Origin: Selaginella moellendorffii
Lineage: Eukaryota; Plantae; Lycopodiophyta
Reading direction: 5' to 3'
DNA: 64,000 bases
Assembly: GCF_000143415.4 (NCBI RefSeq)
Contig: NW_003314334.1
Span: 261,816-325,815, forward strand
Part shown: in pieces, positions 58,939-64,000 of the stretch
Layout of the letters: each line of letters opens with the position of its first letter
How positions within the stretch are numbered: the first letter of the stretch is position 1
The notes under the pieces: model-generated
Databases searched by the model: none
What the model was told of the DNA's origin: nothing
What the model saw: the letters and a program-made list of their open reading frames with translations, nothing else
Translations under genes and position numbers: made by a program

Positions 58939-59501
58939 TGTAAGCAACCAAAGGGAACGATTCGAGAGACGGTCCATAGGGTTCAAATATAAAGGGAAAG
59001 GGCCCATGAACAAGAGTGCACCCCCTTTTCCAATCGGTTAAGGGTCTTGGGATATTTGGGGTTAAGCGTCATTGGGTTTGAATAGTACTGGGCTGGGTGA
59101 CCTCCCGGGAAGTCCAAACTTAAGAGCTTACATTTGGTATCGGAGTGGTCTCGGGTCCGACTCTGTTGGTTGGCTAAGGGAATCGCACCACATGTTGATT
59201 GACATCTGGCTGGTCCAGTTTGCTCCCGCTGGGCTCGACCCAAGGGGTAGGGTGTCAAGAGAGCGGGGCTCTCAGGAGAGCTGCGGCTCTCAGCTTCCAT
59301 TCACGAGGGCGTGAACTTGCAGGGAAGCATGGTGGATTGTAAGCAACCAAAGGGAACGACTCGAGAGACGGTCCATAGGGTTCAAATATAGAAGGAAAGG
59401 GCCCATGAACAAGAGTGCACCCCCTTTTCCAATCAGTTAAGGGCCTTGGGATATTTAGGGTTAAGCGTCCTTGGGTTTGAATAATACTGGGCTGGGTGAT
59501 C
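58939..59501 (+). mobile_element. Cassandra-like TRIM with a 5S rRNA internal-promoter segment in its LTRs
   Basis: LTR 58939-59132 (TGTAAGC...GCTTACA); 5S-like gttaagcg...tagtactgggctgggtgacctcccgggaagtcc at 59061-59115; PBS tggtatcggag; second LTR 59338-59501 truncated. Confidence 0.88.
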
Positions 59502-59505
59502 ACCT

Positions 59506-59703
59506 ATGAAAATCAAGATCCTACAAGTCAATGTGAAGGATATGCTGAAGAAGAGAGTTATCCCTAAGTTTCAGAGTCCTTGGGTTTGTGAACTTTATCT
59601 TGTGACAAAGCCTAATGGGAGCATTAGATTTTATATTAATTATCATATGTTTAATAATGTGATTGTTCATAATGTATACCCACTTCCTTGCACAGTGGAT
59701 TTA
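59506..59703 (+). mobile_element. Ty3/Gypsy RT fragment
   Basis: SPWVCELYLVTKPNGSIRFYINY..N..IVHNVYPLP. Confidence 0.8.
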
Positions 59704-59714
59704 AATGTAGCATA

Positions 59715-60640
59715 TGTGGTTTTTACCCTTTATCCTATAGTGATTACCATAGGATAACCATGAAGCGGAACCTAACCCTCTTTGTGCCACGTGACAGATG
59801 CCACATGTCACATGCCACGTGTCCAAAGGATAGTGGTGTGGAACCTGAGTTTCAGGGCTTTGGGCCACTAAACGAAGAAACGGAGCCAAACTCTTAAGCA
59901 TAGAGCCAAAGAGTGTCGGAACCGGACCACAGAGCAACTCTTGAGCATACAGCCCAATGAGTGAAGGGACAGGAGCATGGAGCAACTTGAAACAATCCTA
60001 GAATATTCAGCATTTCTGGAACAAACTTGAAACTTATTAAATATGGAATAATGCTAGAATGCGAATTTGGACATGGGACAAACACCATTGTGTTCAAAAC
60101 AATCTCTACATTCCGTAGATATGCCAAATGAGCAAATCTAGACACTTTCCATAAATAGTATTTAGAACTGAAATGAGACTAATACAAAAGGCATGATAGC
60201 AAGGGTGTTTAGCGGACATGGTAAGCTATCATCTAGCGAATATTGAGGGACCAATCTCAATATTGCGGGGGTTCTTGACACTAGCAAGTGCAAGTCAATG
60301 ACACAAGTTTCTTAAACCAGGTTGAGTATGCTCAGCAAGAAACACATAGGGTTCCTACCTTATGTTCATCCGATTTAAGTGCACAGTCAATGATCAGTTT
60401 CTCAACTAGCTCAAGTGGGAATTAATAACGGGTCCAGCAATACCGACCTCTTACCGTCATGGTAGTAAGGAAAGAGTGTCTATAAGGACTGGCTGACAGA
60501 TAACTTTCAATACCCAAAGTCACATTTGCGACACTCTCCCCCCCTTAGGGAAAATTGACGTCCTCATCGATACATACTCTAGTTTAGAATACCACTAAGG
60601 AAATAACTCCAGAAAAAGTTTATAGTATTCACACTTTGTA
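59715..60640 (-). mobile_element. LTR + PPT + short internal 3' end
   Basis: LTR boundary at 60533, followed by ctctcccccccctt (PPT on the - strand); homologous to 57150-58229. Confidence 0.7.
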
Positions 60641-60649
60641 GCGCACGCC

Positions 60650-61158
60650 CATATCCTCACATTAGGCCACCAATATGTTGAAATAGCGCCAAACTCCGTT
60701 TGGCTCCATTTTGCGTGCTAGTCCTGGCATTGGGATGCTAGTTACTCTAGGACTGTACCAAGTCGCTCCATGCCCCTATCCCTTCGCTCCTTGGGCTATA
60801 TGCTTGGGAGTTGCTCCATGGTCCGGTTCCATCACTCCTTGGCTCCATGCTTGGGGGTTTGGCACCGTTCCTTCGTTTAGTGGCCCAAGGCCCTGAACCT
60901 CGGGTTCCACACTACTGTCCTATGAACACGTGGCATGTGACACGTGGCATCTATCACGTGGCACAAAGAGGGTTTAGGTTCCGCTTCATGGTGTTATCCT
61001 ATGGTAAATCACCATAGGATAAAGGGTCAAAACCATACTTCACCAGCTAGTATGGTGTGGAGCTTGGGCTTAAACCTAAGTTGGACGCAGAACAGGGACA
61101 AACATGCAAGTTGGAGCTAGACTATGCTTTAGGTTGGTCGGCCATGCCTGACCTACCC
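60650..61158 (+). repeat. Inverted partial copy of the same LTR
   Basis: Contains reverse-complement matches to 57150-57480 and 59715-59990. Confidence 0.65.
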
Positions 61159-61373
61159 ACTATCCCTACTATCCACAANNNNNNNNNNNNNNNNNNNNNN
61201 NNNNNNNNNNNNNNNNNNNNNNNNNNNNNNNNNNNNNNNNNNNNNNNNNNNNNNNNNNNNNNNNNNNNNNNNNNNNNNNNNNNNNNNNNNNNNNNNNNNN
61301 NNNNNNNNNNNNNNNNNNNNNNNNNNNNNNNNNNNNNNNNNNNNNNNNNNNNNNNNNNNNNNNNNNNNNNNNN
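61159..61373. other. Assembly gap (N run)
   Basis: Run of N. Confidence 1.
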
Positions 61374-61374
61374 C

Positions 61375-63900
61375 ATCTCTACATTCCGTAGATATGCCAA
61401 ATGAGCAAATCTAAACACTTTCCATAAATAGCATTTGGGACTGAAATGAGACTAACACAAAGGGCATGATAACAAGGGTGTTTGGCAGACATGGTAAGTT
61501 ATCATCTAGCGATATTGAGGGACTAATCTCAATACACGAGGGTTCTTGTCACTAGCTAGTGCAAGACAAAACGAGACGGGAACTCCTTACCGGGCTAAGT
61601 ATGCTTAACCAATAGGAATTCCATCCTTATGCTCGTCCGGTCTAAGTACACTCGAAATGCCCAGTTAACTCCACTAGTACAAAAGGGGCTGATAAAGGGT
61701 CTAGCAATACCAACCTCCTGCCATCGTGGCAGTAAGGAAAGAGTGTTCGTAAGGACTAGTTGACAAGTAACTTTTGATACCTGAAGTCACATTCACAACA
61801 CTCTCCCCCCCTAGCGAAGATCGATGTCCTCGTTAATGCATACTCGAGTCTAGAATACTGCCAAGGAAACAACTCTAGAAAAAGTTCACGGTACTCACAC
61901 TATGTGAGAAACGCACCAACTTAAATGAGTTAGAAGGCAACCTCTTTGTCTAACGCGGATGCGCTACCAGCTCAGACACCTTCCGGCCGTCGCCAACAAG
62001 GAAATGACCAATGGAGTCAGCCACCCTTGCTACTCTGGGTGTCACCTAGCTACAAAAGTGTGATACGCCCCTGCCTGCAAGGACATAAAGAGAGGAGCCA
62101 GAGGCCCCAACCCTCATGAGTAAAGAAACCAAACCCGTCAATAAAGTTTAGATAGACTACTGTAAACAGGCAGTTAGAGTTGTTTACACGGTCACGCCCT
62201 TTTAACGGAATAAGGAATATCGACAGAGAGGTGGGTTATGTGACTAGTCAACAGTAGCTACCCCATGACTAGAGATTTCAACATGCACACGAAGTGCCGA
62301 AGCCAGTCTGCCTATACTGGCCCAAATTCAAAGATCAATAGATGGACAATATCAAAGTCATAGACAATGATATTTTAGAGATTTTAATTATCAATGAATA
62401 AATCTTAGATTAGAACACAAAAGTATTCCAAGTAAGTTATCATCCGATAAATTAGTATTATAGGATAGGAAACACCAAGATCATTATCTTTTGGAAAACA
62501 TAAGATTCACCATCCAACAAAATTCAATAGCAAGTATATCATCAAGTAAACTCAATGAGAAAACTTAACTATTGAAGATTGTAGACAGTATGCTAAACAA
62601 CTTACCAAAGATAACTCAAAGAACACAAAGTATCCTTAATTGACAAGCACAATGCTCGCGAATGTATCTCCTGAAGGAAATAACATCCTAATCTATCAGG
62701 ACTAACTCGAGCAACAATCAACAAAACAGAATGAATGTGGTAAAACCAACAAACACTTAGTCATGCCAACCATCACACAAGTCAATTTGAATAGATCCCA
62801 ATCAATAATACCAAGGAACCAGAGTTGTTTAAACAAGTGTCAGCAACATCCTATCGATATCTCAAACCCAAGAGACCAATCCAGAGTAAAACACAAAGAA
62901 CATGTGGTATTGCGAAATGCCATAAGCCATCAAAGAGAACAATTAACTATCATGAAAGATCATTAATTATCCCATCAATAGATAAATGCATAATCATCGT
63001 CAAAGAAGAAATCTACCATCCCGAAGAATAGCAAATCATTCTAGATCAACAATAATCAAGCAAAACCACTAACAAGGATAATTAACTATCTTAGATGATA
63101 GTCAATCATCATCAGTGATTGCCAAATGCAATACAAACTTCAATATTGAAGCTAAGGAGCCAAAATGCCTTCCCCAACAACTTCTAACAAATGGAACAAT
63201 GAGCACAAAAACTCAAGGAACCGATAACTCGAAGAAGCCTATAGCTAAGTCTTGCCTAACAATGATCACAAGTTTTGCATAAACTAACTTCAATGCTAAA
63301 GAGAACTCATGGTACAACCCACAATATCCCCTTTAACACATCCATAAGCTAAACTTCATAATACCAAAGCTAATGAAGAGCATATCTACATCAATCCAAA
63401 AACCAAGCATAATGAAGCTATGCTCAACAAGTGATTACTAAATGATCCTCCATGAATCCATCTATAGCAAGACGTAACTCACTTCATAACAAGCACAAAG
63501 AGAATCATCAATGATCGATATATCCTAACTCAAATCCAATAAAGATTCAAATATTCAATATCGATCACTAACTCATCCTTTTGTAAAGCTAGTATAGTTC
63601 ACAACTAAATCACTTTTCAAGGAAAAGCTAAAGCTCAACCCCTACTACACAATGTCGTTTAAACACAATTAACTCAACTTGCCACTTAGTTCATTTGAAC
63701 GTCAATACAGTTGCTAACTAGCAAATGCACGAATGTCAATAACACAAAGCCATAGCCAAATCATCAACACTATCTTCATCAAGACTAATGAAGCTCAATG
63801 TCAATCCTTCGGAGAGACATATCATTTCACTTGAATCTCAATATCAATATTATCAACAATAAGGCATCACTTCAGTGCCACTAACACCATAACAAAGCTA
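61375..63900 (-). mobile_element. LTR remnant, PPT and decayed A-rich internal region
   Basis: LTR boundary at 61800 followed by ctctccccccctag. No recognisable ORF beyond it, so the right limit is uncertain. Confidence 0.5.
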
Positions 63901-64000
63901 AAAGAAAGCACAAGTGAATCACCACTCAAACCAGGCAGGATGGTCTTTCTCTAACGAAGCTGGGCATGCCGTCTGCTGGGCTCCTGGCAGTGAGTTTTTT

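Noticed and set aside
59061-59115. Functional 5S rRNA gene
   Set aside because: Only the internal promoter region is present, and it lies within TG...CA LTRs.

Overview
Eukaryotic plant genomic DNA. The very short GT-AG introns (46-61 nt), PLS-type PPR remnants and compact gene spacing suggest a lycophyte such as Selaginella (inference). Bases 1-50 kb are a rearranged segmental-duplication complex built from two modules. Module Y is a GDSL-lipase pseudogene, a PPR pseudogene and PRMT7 (3 copies). Module X is a secreted multi-domain potato type II (Pin-II, MEROPS I20)-like protease inhibitor, a histone H3 relic, an LRR relic and an unknown two-exon gene (4 copies, 5 inhibitor genes). The order is Y1-X1-Y2-unique-X2-[tandem Gypsy chromovirus]-X3(inverted, carrying a 7.7-kb LINE with a 17-bp TSD)-Y3(inverted)-X4(inverted). 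Bases 50-64 kb are TE and gene-fragment debris: Gypsy and Copia remnants, an 18S rDNA fragment, GST, XDH and SCPL exons, a 460-bp hairpin, a 5S-bearing Cassandra-like TRIM and LTR copies. Main highlights: (i) the Gypsy integrase is split by two apparent spliceosomal introns at conserved motifs in both element copies; (ii) the Pin-II-like paralogues differ at the predicted P1 residue (Arg vs Leu), and one copy is a chimera with a new C-terminus; (iii) all three PRMT7 copies are broken, with complementary lesions.
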